Source: Alphaproteobacteria bacterium
GTDB taxonomy: Bacteria; Pseudomonadota; Alphaproteobacteria; CAAHEQ01; UBA3637
DNA length: 64,000 bases
Assembly: GCA_017412085.1 (NCBI GenBank)
Contig: JAFPYS010000019.1
Span: forward strand, 90,155-154,154
Reading direction: 5' to 3'
Shown here: one piece after another, positions 1 through 9,522 of the stretch
How the letters are laid out: every line of letters begins with the position of its first letter
How positions within the stretch are numbered: the stretch's first letter is position 1
Notes under the pieces: model-generated
What the model saw: only the letters and a program-made list of their open reading frames with translations
Told to the model about the DNA's origin: nothing
Databases searched by the model: none
Position numbers and translations under genes: made by a program

Positions 1-193
1 CAGCGCACAAGAACAAAACAATCCATAACAATCGCTTAGATTCCTTTTCCTCGGGCGCGGGTGTTGCACGAAATTGGCTTAAATATTGTGGCAAATTTAA
101 ATCAGAATCAGTCGAAGGAGATGCCTCAGACATCTTCTGTTGACGTTCGGCCAAACTTTCGGAAAATGCTTTAATTTTTTCGAACTCGTCCAT
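1..193 (-). CDS. hypothetical protein, N-terminal part only; the gene continues beyond the window start
   Basis: Minus-strand reading frame open from the window edge to an ATG at 191-193 (MDEFEKIKAFSESLAERQQKMSEA...). An AGGAAGG RBS sits 9 nt upstream. No family recognised. Confidence 0.3.
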   Translation of the reverse strand, partial: MDEFEKIKAFSESLAERQQKMSEASPSTDSDLNLPQYLSQFRATPAPEEKESKRLLWIVLFLCA

Positions 194-272
194 ACTCATC
201 CCTTCCTTGTTCTCCATTGTACCGATTTTTTTTTGTTTCGCAAGTATTTTGTTCATTTTTTATAAAAAAAGT

Positions 273-301
273 CTTGACGATTTTGTTTTTTTGCGCTATT
301 C
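273..301 (+). promoter_or_regulatory. sigma70-like promoter for tRNA-Leu (TTGACG-17-TATTCT)
   Basis: TTGACG at 273-278, a 17-nt spacer, then TATTCT about 20 nt before the tRNA 5' end. Confidence 0.5.
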
Positions 302-321
302 TATGTCGGCTATCAGAGGAA

Positions 322-408
322 GCGGATATGGCGGAACTGGTAGACGCAACGGACTTAAAATCCGTTGGAGGCAACTCCGTGCCAGTTCGATTCTGGCTAT
401 CCGCACCA
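322..408 (+). tRNA. tRNA-Leu (anticodon TAA), CCA encoded
   Basis: Cloverleaf GCGGATA...TATCCGCACCA with anticodon loop CTTAAAA and a long variable arm (class II). Length 87 nt. Confidence 0.9.
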
Positions 409-413
409 ATTTA

Positions 414-445
414 AAAAGGCCAGCATTTGCTGACCTTTTTTCTTT
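414..445 (+). terminator. rho-independent terminator after tRNA-Leu
   Basis: Hairpin GGCCAGCA-TTT-GCTGACC followed by a T-run at 436-441. Confidence 0.6.
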
Positions 446-466
446 TGAGAAAAATTGGTTATAATT

Positions 467-1324
467 TTACCCTCTAGATTTGGTTTGCTTGGGAGGCATA
501 AATTTAACAATCGTCCGGTTTAATTTATAGCCAACTCCTTGATAGCAACGATTTGAGGATGGGTAATCATAATCCGTATAAAGCATTGCAGTTTTCCCTT
601 CTGCGAATACTTTTAAAGTCAAATAATTAACCATCATTTTGGCATAAGCCTTGCCACGCTCATCTACCGCAGTATACACACGCCCCACACGCGGGTATTT
701 CCCATTCATAGTAAGGTTTGCGGTTGCAACAGCATTTTCATTTTTGTCTCGCCATACTAAGTATAACGGATTGGATACAAATTTTTGGGCTAATTTGACA
801 TAGTCATCACACATTTGGGCGTGAGGTTCTTCTTTTGTTTCCACATCAAAATTTACCATCATCTGAGCAACCTTTTGTACTTCTTCTGGCTTTGCCTGAT
901 CAGCATGACCGTTATATTGAATGTCATTTAATTTTGAGCATGACCAAGCCCCAAGTGTTTGAAGCCTTTCTCTATCGTCTTCTGTTTGTTGACCTTTTAA
1001 TTCAGGAATGATTTGATTTTTCACCAAATAATCATAGAAATCTTTTTTCGCCATAATTGCAAATGGCTCATTTGCATGAAACTCCTCTTTGATGAAATCA
1101 TAAAGCACACCATATTCTTGAAAATCATCAGAAGTCCAAACAATAATTGCATGGTTGGGATCAGAATTAACAATAGCGCAATCTTTACCATCGGAAAAAA
1201 TTTTCGGTGTTTTATACTTTTCTGTATTGTTTAAGATAGAAAACATAATGCTGTAGGCGATTTCATCTTTTAAAACCGCCTCAGATTTAAATATAGTATC
1301 GTCCCTTTTGACTTCTTTAAACAT
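467..1324 (-). CDS. hypothetical protein, possibly with a C-terminal GNAT-like acyltransferase fold
   Basis: 285-aa ORF. The C-terminal segment VYTAVDERGKAYAKMMVNYL resembles a GNAT acetyl-CoA binding loop. No strong family call. Confidence 0.45.
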   Translation of the reverse strand: MFKEVKRDDTIFKSEAVLKDEIAYSIMFSILNNTEKYKTPKIFSDGKDCAIVNSDPNHAIIVWTSDDFQEYGVLYDFIKEEFHANEPFAIMAKKDFYDYLVKNQIIPELKGQQTEDDRERLQTLGAWSCSKLNDIQYNGHADQAKPEEVQKVAQMMVNFDVETKEEPHAQMCDDYVKLAQKFVSNPLYLVWRDKNENAVATANLTMNGKYPRVGRVYTAVDERGKAYAKMMVNYLTLKVFAEGKTAMLYTDYDYPSSNRCYQGVGYKLNRTIVKFMPPKQTKSRG

Positions 1325-1359
1325 TTTATGTTCTCCTTTTTTTACTGCTTCTTCTTGGC

Positions 1360-3048
1360 TTACACCCGGATCAAATGGATATCCATCAATGGTTTCTTGC
1401 CATATTTTTCATTTAAGAATTGTCGGATTGTATGACGCATTGTATCCTTGATCAAGTTGTCATCATCCAAGCGAGAACGATCTACCTCATCCATCGCATG
1501 TGTAATACGCTCCAATAATTCCCCTTGATCAGCACTATCCGATGCCAACAAACCAAAGGTGGATAATTGTGGTTCTCCCAAAACTTTACCATCTTTATTA
1601 ATAACCAAAGTCAATACAGCGCTGCCATCGTCCATCATTTTACGACGTTTTTTAATAACTTCGGCATTTAATGGAACAATTTGTTTGCCATCGACGGCTA
1701 AAATACCCGCTGGTACCTCCCCTAAAATTTCTGGGGATTCACCACTTAGGACAATCGCTTCCCCGTCTTCCAGGCAATAGACATATGGGACGCCACATTT
1801 TTTAGCAACATTGCTGTGATACACAAGTTCTAGAGCTTCTCCGTGTACAGGCAACGAAATTTTAGGCTTTAACATTTCATACATTTTCTTCAAATCATCA
1901 CCAGCATAATGTCCGGAAACATGGACCAAGGCTTCTCTATCTGTAATAATTTTAATGCCTTTGCTGGCCAAACGTTTTTGTAGTAATGCTATTGCTTTTT
2001 CGTTGCCGGGAATAACTCGGGATGAAAAAATCACGACGTCATCCGCCCCAAAATAAACAGTATTTTTATTTGGTGTTGTTGCACATAGGTTATTTAAAGC
2101 TGAATATGGCTCACCTTGCGAGCCTGTGCAGATAAACAATACGGAACCACGGGGACGTTCTAAGGCTTCTTCTTCGGATAAGAACTCTGGAACATCTTTA
2201 AAGTATCCAGTTGCCCGAGCGGCGGCATCAATGCGCCACAAACTGCGCCCCAACAAGCAAACATCCCGTCCATTTTCTTTGGCGGCCTCATAAATGCTTT
2301 CCATACGTGCCACATTGCTGGCAAAACATCCAACGGCGATATGTACATTCGGATATTCCCCCACCAATTTAATAAGGGTTGTGCGGACATCAGCTTCTGT
2401 CCCCTTTTGTGTTTCACCGGAGGCATTTGTGGAATCACTGACCAAAGCCAACACACCTTCTTTACCCAAGGCTTCCAAAGTCTTAAAATCAGGTTCTTGA
2501 TCCAGAATTGGATCCTTGTCCAAACGCCAATCGCCAGTATGGACAACAAGTCCTTCCTTTGTACGAATGGCCAAAGCATTGGGTTCCGGCAATGAGTGGT
2601 TCATGCGAATAAATTCCACCTCAAATGGATTCAAATCAATCACATCACCCTGTTTTACGACATGAGTGTCTGCCCGTCCCAAAAGCCCCATTTCATCCAA
2701 CTTTGTTTCCACTAACTCATTGGCAAACGCTGTGCAATAGATGGGGCATTGTAAATCATGCCACAAATATCCAACGGCACCAATATGATCTTCGTGGGCG
2801 TGGGTAATAACCAAGCCAACGATATCGGCTTTACGTTCTGCCAAAAACTGCGGATTTGGTAATAAGCAATCTACACCTGGCAAATTTTCACCAGGGAACC
2901 CTATTCCACAATCAACGACCAACCATTTCCCATGATATCCATAGGCAAAAAAGTTCATTCCAATACCTGTTGCGCCACCCAATGGCACAAACACCAATTG
3001 ATCTTCTGGAATGATAATTTTATTTTCATTATTTTCGTTATTTTCCAT
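1360..3048 (-). CDS. rnj: ribonuclease J (metallo-beta-lactamase / beta-CASP family)
   Basis: 562 aa with the HAHEDH zinc motif (VITHAHEDHIGAVGYL) and beta-CASP architecture. Size and order are typical of alphaproteobacterial RNase J. Confidence 0.85.
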   Translation of the reverse strand: MENNENNENKIIIPEDQLVFVPLGGATGIGMNFFAYGYHGKWLVVDCGIGFPGENLPGVDCLLPNPQFLAERKADIVGLVITHAHEDHIGAVGYLWHDLQCPIYCTAFANELVETKLDEMGLLGRADTHVVKQGDVIDLNPFEVEFIRMNHSLPEPNALAIRTKEGLVVHTGDWRLDKDPILDQEPDFKTLEALGKEGVLALVSDSTNASGETQKGTEADVRTTLIKLVGEYPNVHIAVGCFASNVARMESIYEAAKENGRDVCLLGRSLWRIDAAARATGYFKDVPEFLSEEEALERPRGSVLFICTGSQGEPYSALNNLCATTPNKNTVYFGADDVVIFSSRVIPGNEKAIALLQKRLASKGIKIITDREALVHVSGHYAGDDLKKMYEMLKPKISLPVHGEALELVYHSNVAKKCGVPYVYCLEDGEAIVLSGESPEILGEVPAGILAVDGKQIVPLNAEVIKKRRKMMDDGSAVLTLVINKDGKVLGEPQLSTFGLLASDSADQGELLERITHAMDEVDRSRLDDDNLIKDTMRHTIRQFLNEKYGKKPLMDIHLIRV

Positions 3049-3078
3049 ATAATTATTCTTTCTTATTAAAGTTAAACA

Positions 3079-3744
3079 TTAAATCAAAAAAACATCTCCG
3101 GCGGTGATTGAACGCACCTTTTTTCCTGTTTTTAATAAAAGCGCTCCCTCATCCGAGATGCCGTGAAATGTGCCAATCAATTCTTCGGTTGGCAAATGCA
3201 CAGAGATCGTCTCTCCAACACCAGTAGCAAGATCCAACCAACGGGCCCGAATCTTATTAAATCCTTTTTTTTCAAAAACGGCAAATAAGGCCTCATATTG
3301 GATCATCAATCGTTTGACCAAGCCAATAGGACTTAAACGTCCGCCCAAGTTGGCTGTTGGATAAAGCATGTTTTTATCTGGATTATTTACCAAATTAACA
3401 CCAATACCTACGATAATTTTATCGCCAGCATTTTCCAACAAAATACCCGCGACCTTTTTACCTTCTAAAAGAACATCATTGGGCCACTTCAAACGGACAT
3501 TAAACTCCGGCAGACTTTCGGCCAAAGCAAGCCCGGTTAAAAATGATAAATATTGGTCACGCATAGGATTAGACTCAAATACAAAAGAAACATATAAATT
3601 TCCACGTGGACTTTGCCAAATCCGGCCATATCGCCCACGTCCACCTGTTTGAGTTTCAGCCATAACAATCGTTCCGGCGGGGTATTCCCTAGCCGTTGTA
3701 TTGGTGCTGACCAATGAATTAAATTGCTTGATTTCCCATTTCAT
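3079..3744 (-). CDS. birA: biotin--[acetyl-CoA-carboxylase] ligase, group I (no HTH domain)
   Basis: 221 aa with the GRGRYGRIWQSP biotin-ligase signature (compare GRGRRGRxWxSP). Confidence 0.85.
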   Translation of the reverse strand: MKWEIKQFNSLVSTNTTAREYPAGTIVMAETQTGGRGRYGRIWQSPRGNLYVSFVFESNPMRDQYLSFLTGLALAESLPEFNVRLKWPNDVLLEGKKVAGILLENAGDKIIVGIGVNLVNNPDKNMLYPTANLGGRLSPIGLVKRLMIQYEALFAVFEKKGFNKIRARWLDLATGVGETISVHLPTEELIGTFHGISDEGALLLKTGKKVRSITAGDVFLI

Positions 3745-3836
3745 TTGTCCTAATATATCACAAAAGTAAAAAAAAAGCTATTCTTTTTTATAAAAATGTG
3801 TAAAATGGAATTGAAGGACAACAGAAAGGATCTAAA

Positions 3837-4229
3837 ATGTCACCCGCAGAATTAATGGAAAATTTCCAAATGCTTATGAATTGGGAAGATAAATACCGCT
3901 ATTTGATTGAGTTAGGTGAAAAGTTACGTGACTTTCCTGAGACAGATAAAACGGACGCTAATAAGGTAGAAGGGTGTCAGGCGCAGGTGTGGATTACACA
4001 CCGTGTGGAAGGAGACAAGCATTACTTTAATGCGACCAGTGATTCTCACATCGTGCGTGGTTTACAGGCTGTTTTGCTGACGTTTGTTAATGGGTTGACT
4101 TCTCAAGAGATCCAAAAACTGGATATGTTGGCCATCTTTAAGCGCATGGGATTGGAAGAACATCTATCTCCTTCCCGTCGGAACGGCTTTTTGGCTATGA
4201 CCAACCGAATTTTTTCACTAACTTTTTAA
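3837..4229 (+). CDS. sufE: SufE-like cysteine desulfuration sulfur acceptor
   Basis: 130 aa with the conserved EGCQAQVW active-site Cys motif (compare GCQSQVW in SufE/CsdE). Confidence 0.8.
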   Translation: MSPAELMENFQMLMNWEDKYRYLIELGEKLRDFPETDKTDANKVEGCQAQVWITHRVEGDKHYFNATSDSHIVRGLQAVLLTFVNGLTSQEIQKLDMLAIFKRMGLEEHLSPSRRNGFLAMTNRIFSLTF

Positions 4230-4265
4230 GCCCAAGGAATGCAAAATCTTTCTTTTTGATGTAAA

Positions 4266-5054
4266 TCAAGGGCATATTTTGTAATAATTTCCCCAATTTG
4301 GGTGATCGCAAAAATTAGCATGAAATTTCATTTCTTTTAATGTCTTTTCATCTAAAATACCACCAGTAAAATATACTCCGCCAGTGGCCTTTATTGCTAA
4401 AGCGTAATTCATTAAAACGCGTGCAAATTCATTATAAAAAAGCTGGTAAGTTTTACGTGCCATGCGATCTTTTTTTAAACATTTTTCAGCAATTTTAACA
4501 GCAGAAATCGGTGCCTTCCTGTGTGTTAGTTTTTGATATAATTTTTTGAAACCATTACCAGATATCTTTTCTTCAATGGCATGATTATCTGGCAAGACGT
4601 TTTGCCCATATTCCGATGGACACACAACGCCATTCACGATATAACAAGCGCCCAATCCTGTTCCCACATTCATCAAGATCTTTGGAGCTTTATTTGCTTT
4701 TTTGTTATTCAAGGGAACAAGATCTTTTGAAGTCAATGACGATATGGCGGAACCTTGAACTTGTAAATCATTCATTAAGACAACCTGTTTTAGGTTCAAC
4801 TTCGTTTTTAACTTTTTTGCATTTAGTTTCCACGATCTGTTTGTCCATGATACTTCCTCGTTAAATACTGGCCCTGGAACACCTGCTAAGATGAATTTTG
4901 CATCCGGGGCATAGCCGTGTAAAAACGACCCAAACAATAAATATGGATCCTTAAAATCACCGCAGGCAAATTGGTAAATAGCAGATAACCGGCCTTTTTT
5001 AATAAAAGCCAATCGGGCATTGCTTGCTCCCAAGTCGGCCACAATAACGGTCAT
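4266..5054 (-). CDS. glucokinase-family sugar kinase (Glk-like), short form
   Basis: Motifs DLGASNARLAF (compare DVGGTNARLAL), MNDLQVQGSAI, GTGLGACYIV and TGGIL align to E. coli Glk. Start set at the ATG with an AGGAGG RBS at 5054; the upstream extension in the ORF track is ignored. Confidence 0.65.
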   Translation of the reverse strand: MTVIVADLGASNARLAFIKKGRLSAIYQFACGDFKDPYLLFGSFLHGYAPDAKFILAGVPGPVFNEEVSWTNRSWKLNAKKLKTKLNLKQVVLMNDLQVQGSAISSLTSKDLVPLNNKKANKAPKILMNVGTGLGACYIVNGVVCPSEYGQNVLPDNHAIEEKISGNGFKKLYQKLTHRKAPISAVKIAEKCLKKDRMARKTYQLFYNEFARVLMNYALAIKATGGVYFTGGILDEKTLKEMKFHANFCDHPNWGNYYKICP

Positions 5055-5263
5055 ACGAATAATCCTCCTAGAACACAAATAACATTATGATAAACACATC
5101 CTAAGTGCGCCCACAACCTTCCCCCAAAAGAAGCGTTCTTTCCATTTTCTACACATACTAATAATTCATCTGTGCAGTGTACCGTAAAACTTGGTGTTAA
5201 AAACAACGCAGTCAAAAAAACAAAAATCGCGATAACAACTAAATAAATAATCCACTTTTTCAT
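5051..5263 (-). CDS. small hypothetical membrane protein (70 aa, one TM helix)
   Basis: Its ATG overlaps the ptsP stop as ATGA, and its stop overlaps the glk-like start; this translational coupling supports a real gene. Hydrophobic helix IIYLVVIAIFVFLTALFL. Confidence 0.4.
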   Translation of the reverse strand: MKKWIIYLVVIAIFVFLTALFLTPSFTVHCTDELLVCVENGKNASFGGRLWAHLGCVYHNVICVLGGLFV

Positions 5264-7464
5264 GATATTTCTCCCAAATGGACATGATGGTCCCGCAGAT
5301 ATGAAGATAAGGCATTACGCAGGGAAGATTGCTTGCTGTTCAATTGGGACATGAGATAGTCACGGTATTTGTCTAAATTTAAGCTCCGAATGGCCGTTTT
5401 TACGGCTACAACAGATTCTGGACTCATAGATAACGTTCTGATACCCAATGCCAATAATGTTAATGCTTCTAATGGACGAGAAGCCATCTCACCACAAACA
5501 GAACATTTTACATGATAAGCATCGCATTGTTCTACAATCAGATTTAATGCTCTTAAAAAAGCAGGGCACAATGAATCGTAACGATTGTTAATTTGCGTAT
5601 TCGTCCTGTCCGCAGCGAACATAAATTGGGCCAGGTCGTTTGTCCCAATGGAAATAAAATCCACTAACGGCAACAAGTTATCCAGTTGGAAAATCAAGGC
5701 TGGCACTTCCAACATTGTGCCCACAATGATTTCTTTAGGCGTTTTTTGTTTGCGCAATATTGCATTTTTTAACTCAATTTCCAACGTCTTCTTGCTTTCA
5801 ATGAATTCTTCAACGGTTGTGATCATTGGGAACATAACCCTTAATGTACTGCCTGCTGTTGCTCGCAAAAGAGCCCGCAATTGATTTCTAAGGAGTGCGC
5901 GCCGGTCTAATGTCATGCGGATCGACCTCCACCCCATGGCTGGATTTTCTTCACCTTGTTGTTCAAAATATGGCAACACCTTATCAGAACCAATATCTAG
6001 TGTCCTGAAAATAACTGGTTTATTTTTGGCCTGAACTAAAACACGCTTGTACGCTTCGGTTTGTGTCCGAATGTCTGGTAAAGACTTTGCAGTCATGAAC
6101 AATAACTCTGTTCTATATAAACCGATACCATCGCAAGGGGGTAAATGATCCACTGCCCCAGACAGCCCCATGTTTAACATAAGCGATACATCCACTCCGT
6201 CTTTTGTTTGTGCGGGTTTGTCTTTATTTTTGGCCTGTAAACGAGCCATGCTTCTTAAGGCTTGTTGATAACTTTTTAACGTATCCAAAGTTTCATCCGA
6301 TGGGCGCAAATAAATCTTACCTTGCACAGCATCCATAGCAACTGGCGCCCCCTCTTCCAATTGGCGCACGGCTTCTTTGACCGCTCCAATCAAGGGAATT
6401 CTGTAAGCGCGAGCCACAATAACAACATGCGTTGTTTGCGAACCATCTTCCAAAACAATACCTTTAATGTGTTTTAAGTCATAATCCAATAACTCTGCTG
6501 CGCCCAAATTGTCGGCCACCAATATTTTATTGCCAATCAGCTTTTTTTTACCACTCTTAGGGATCAGGGCTTGCATTAATCTGGCAGTCAAATCTTGAAA
6601 ATCGCGTGCGCGTTCCCGTAAATATGGATCGGCGACAGCTCTCATCTTTTCCAATGTTTCATCGCCAACTTTCTGCAAAGCCGCCTGTGCGGTAAGTCCG
6701 GTCTTTATTGCAGATTCAACTTTGTTTTTCCATTCGACATCGCTTAAAAACATCAGATAGGTTTCAAACAATTCCTTTTCTTCTGCTGGCGTTGAAGGAT
6801 GAGTCAATCGACGTTGTATTAAACGTTTAACCTTCGAAAACGAAGTGTTTAGACGTTTGATTTCGCGATCCGGATGAATTGTAAGGATTGGGCCGTTAAT
6901 TTCCAACCGTCGGTGTAACAACACCTCGCCCAGCGCAAAACCTTGTATCATTCCTGTTCCCTCTAATGTCCTGGAGACAGAAAGAGACACCAAATTCTTT
7001 GTTGTTTTGCTGCTTGTTAATTCAGCCAAACACTCGGCCAATATCATGGCTACATTTTGAACCGCTTCTACGATTTCGGTGCTAAATGATTCCTTGCGCC
7101 GCGATAATAGGCCAAGCACCGCCAATACTTGATTTCCGCGTACCATAGGAACAACCAAAATGGTCTTGTTGACGCCTTTGGATGAAATAACGGCCTTGCG
7201 ATCCAAAGCGACCCGCCCAACGATTTCTTCCCCAAGTCGAACAAATGTTGGCAATTGGACGGGGCGACCAATTGCAAGGAAGTTTTCCAAAATATCGCCA
7301 GGACGCATAACGTATAAAACAGCCGATGGCATCTTAAGTTGTTCACACAATAACGTGAGAACAGTATTTAACCTTTTGGGGCCAGACATCTCTTTTGCCA
7401 TTACATCACGTAAGGCACTCATCATCGCCGTTACAGAAATAGTTGATCCCTTTGTCGGTGACAT
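5260..7464 (-). CDS. ptsP: phosphoenolpyruvate--protein phosphotransferase EI-Ntr (N-terminal GAF domain plus PEP-utilising enzyme domains)
   Basis: 734 aa. N-terminal GAF-like region, then PEP-utilising enzyme motifs (GGRTSHAAI-like segment LEDGSQTTHVVIVARAYRIP, plus the C-terminal TIM-barrel region). Confidence 0.85.
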   Translation of the reverse strand: MSPTKGSTISVTAMMSALRDVMAKEMSGPKRLNTVLTLLCEQLKMPSAVLYVMRPGDILENFLAIGRPVQLPTFVRLGEEIVGRVALDRKAVISSKGVNKTILVVPMVRGNQVLAVLGLLSRRKESFSTEIVEAVQNVAMILAECLAELTSSKTTKNLVSLSVSRTLEGTGMIQGFALGEVLLHRRLEINGPILTIHPDREIKRLNTSFSKVKRLIQRRLTHPSTPAEEKELFETYLMFLSDVEWKNKVESAIKTGLTAQAALQKVGDETLEKMRAVADPYLRERARDFQDLTARLMQALIPKSGKKKLIGNKILVADNLGAAELLDYDLKHIKGIVLEDGSQTTHVVIVARAYRIPLIGAVKEAVRQLEEGAPVAMDAVQGKIYLRPSDETLDTLKSYQQALRSMARLQAKNKDKPAQTKDGVDVSLMLNMGLSGAVDHLPPCDGIGLYRTELLFMTAKSLPDIRTQTEAYKRVLVQAKNKPVIFRTLDIGSDKVLPYFEQQGEENPAMGWRSIRMTLDRRALLRNQLRALLRATAGSTLRVMFPMITTVEEFIESKKTLEIELKNAILRKQKTPKEIIVGTMLEVPALIFQLDNLLPLVDFISIGTNDLAQFMFAADRTNTQINNRYDSLCPAFLRALNLIVEQCDAYHVKCSVCGEMASRPLEALTLLALGIRTLSMSPESVVAVKTAIRSLNLDKYRDYLMSQLNSKQSSLRNALSSYLRDHHVHLGEIS

Positions 7465-7542
7465 CCCCCTCTCCTTTTATTTTATTTTAGCAGAATCAAA
7501 TTTCAATCGTCAAGATTTTTTTGATAAAAACATAAAAAAGAC

Positions 7543-7570
7543 TTGCAAAAAGTTTTTTTTCGTGTATAAT
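7543..7570 (+). promoter_or_regulatory. sigma70-like promoter for tRNA-Glu (TTGCAA-16-TATAAT)
   Basis: TTGCAA at 7543-7548, a 16-nt spacer, TATAAT at 7565-7570, about 22 nt upstream of the tRNA. Confidence 0.55.
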
Positions 7571-7592
7571 ACCCTATGTTCTTATTCTAAAG

Positions 7593-7668
7593 GACCCCAT
7601 CGTCTAGAGGCCTAGGACATCGCCCTTTCACGGCGGTAACACCAGTTCAAATCTGGTTGGGGTCGCCA
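7593..7668 (+). tRNA. tRNA-Glu (anticodon TTC), CCA encoded
   Basis: GACCCCA acceptor pairing with TGGGGTC, anticodon loop CTTTCAC, T-loop TTCAAAT. Closely parallels E. coli tRNA-Glu. Confidence 0.9.
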
Positions 7669-7697
7669 TTTAAACGCCTTTGCTGGGCGTTTTTTTA
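7669..7697. terminator. bidirectional rho-independent terminator (tRNA-Glu on the plus strand, ABC transporter on the minus strand)
   Basis: Hairpin AACGCC-TTTGCT-GGCGTT flanked by an A-run upstream and a T-run downstream. Confidence 0.6.
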
Positions 7698-9473
7698 TTT
7701 CAATTGTGTTTTATAAAGGGATGCATACACGGAATCCGGATTGGCCAACAATTGGTCATGTGTTCCCATTTCCTTAATTTCCCCGTGATCGATCACAACA
7801 ATATTATCGGCATTTTTAACGGTGGACAAACGGTGGGCAATGATAAACACAGTCCGGTCTTTCATTAAGTTATAAATGGCCTGTTGCACAATCTCTTCTG
7901 ATTTATTATCCAAAGCGGATGTAGCCTCATCCAATATCACAATCGGTGCATTTTTCAAGAATGCCCGCGCAATGGCCACACGTTGCTTTTGTCCGCCGGA
8001 CAACTTTGTGCCGCGCTCCCCAATTTCAGAGTCTAAACCATTAGGTAGAGATTCAATAAATTCATCCAAACAGGCGTTATGGACTGCTTTTTTGACTTCT
8101 TCCGCTGTTGCATCTGCTTTGCCCAATAAAATGTTCTCTCTAATTGTACCAGCAAACAAAATATTATCTTGGAATACAATAGCAATATGATTGCGTAAAT
8201 CATCTAAATCAAGCTCTTTAACATTGATCCCGTCAATTTGGACAGATCCTTGCGTCACGTCATAAAAACGCGGTAAAAGTGTTACCAAAGTAGACTTACC
8301 ACCACCAGAATTCCCGACCAACGCAATTGTCTTGCCTTTATGAATTTCTAGATTAATGTCTTTCAAGACTGGGCGCCCCTTTTCATACTCAAACCATACA
8401 TGATCAAACACAATCTTATTGATTCCTTTAATATATCTTGGATGTTCACAGTTATGAATGGAAGGAATCGCCTCCAAACTGTCAAACACGCGGTCCATTG
8501 CCAAAAGCGACATCTGAAGCTTTGAATAGTTGCTTCCAATAGACTTGATTGGATGATAAAGCATCAACAAAGCTGTGATGAAGGACACAAATCCTCCAGG
8601 TGTTAACTTGTTGGATGTAATCAGATAGCTGCCCAACCAGATTACCCCTGCAATACCAATAGACACAATAAAGTGCATCATGGGCGTTAACATACCCGTC
8701 TTTTTGGTCATATTCATCCCTAATTTAAAGACTGAACGTAATGTTTCATTAAATTTATCACTGGCATATTTATAAAGATTGAAGGATGTAACAACTTTAT
8801 TACCCATAAACGCCTCGTTATAATGGGTCATAACGCGGGCTCCGGAAAATACTGTTTTATCCATGATGGACTTAATTTTACGCCGCAATCCAGCCAATGG
8901 TAAGAAAGCACCAAACATGACAATAATAGCAATAATGGACAATTGCCATGAGTTCCAAATTAAGACAAACACCAAAGAAATAGACGAAAATAAGCGAGTT
9001 GTAAATAGTTTTAGATTAGAAAGCAATCCACTACATGCAGTATCTGCATCATGGTTAAAACGTTGGATAACATTACCAGATGTGTTTTTATCAAAGAATT
9101 TTGCATCATTATGGATAAGTTTTTGGAACAAATCCTTCTTTAAATCCATTGTAATCTTTTGACCAACCCATGTATTTAAATATGTGGCAGCATAGTTTAA
9201 CAGACTTTGGGCAACGCTAAAGACAATGATAAGAGCTGGAATTAAAGAGGTTGCCTGCACACTCTTTTCAATCATCACCGTATCCATATAGGGTTTCAAT
9301 ACCCAAGCAATTGCTGCATCCATTGCACCCAACGGCAATGTTACTAATATCGCCAATATTGCCCGAAAGAGATATGGTTTAACATATGGATAAATCTTTC
9401 GATAATTGCGCACAAGATTTGTTTCTGTTAATTTTAATGGTAGTTTCATCCACGACCCTTCTCTTAAAGACAT
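7695..9473 (-). CDS. ABC transporter permease/ATPase fusion, MsbA-like lipid or glycolipid exporter
   Basis: 592 aa with six predicted TM helices, then Walker A GNSGGGKST, ABC signature LSGGQKQR and Walker B ILDEATSALD. Confidence 0.85.
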   Translation of the reverse strand: MSLREGSWMKLPLKLTETNLVRNYRKIYPYVKPYLFRAILAILVTLPLGAMDAAIAWVLKPYMDTVMIEKSVQATSLIPALIIVFSVAQSLLNYAATYLNTWVGQKITMDLKKDLFQKLIHNDAKFFDKNTSGNVIQRFNHDADTACSGLLSNLKLFTTRLFSSISLVFVLIWNSWQLSIIAIIVMFGAFLPLAGLRRKIKSIMDKTVFSGARVMTHYNEAFMGNKVVTSFNLYKYASDKFNETLRSVFKLGMNMTKKTGMLTPMMHFIVSIGIAGVIWLGSYLITSNKLTPGGFVSFITALLMLYHPIKSIGSNYSKLQMSLLAMDRVFDSLEAIPSIHNCEHPRYIKGINKIVFDHVWFEYEKGRPVLKDINLEIHKGKTIALVGNSGGGKSTLVTLLPRFYDVTQGSVQIDGINVKELDLDDLRNHIAIVFQDNILFAGTIRENILLGKADATAEEVKKAVHNACLDEFIESLPNGLDSEIGERGTKLSGGQKQRVAIARAFLKNAPIVILDEATSALDNKSEEIVQQAIYNLMKDRTVFIIAHRLSTVKNADNIVVIDHGEIKEMGTHDQLLANPDSVYASLYKTQLK

Positions 9474-9522
9474 GCTATTTTATCATGATTTCTATCCAAT
9501 TGCAAGTGCAAATGCAAAAAAT

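Noticed and set aside
171-464. ORFs 171..374(-), 207..464(+) and 217..414(+) from the six-frame track
   Set aside because: They overlap the tRNA-Leu gene, its promoter and its terminator. They are low-complexity and have no RBS. They are treated as spurious.
2160-2807. Several 60-140-aa ORFs inside and antisense to rnj (for example 2160..2579 on the minus strand in an alternate frame)
   Set aside because: They are embedded in a strongly supported RNase J frame and are typical alternate-frame noise.
7160-7615. 151-aa plus-strand ORF antisense to the 5' end of ptsP and running into the tRNA-Glu promoter
   Set aside because: It is antisense to a well-supported gene, has no RBS, and has unremarkable composition.
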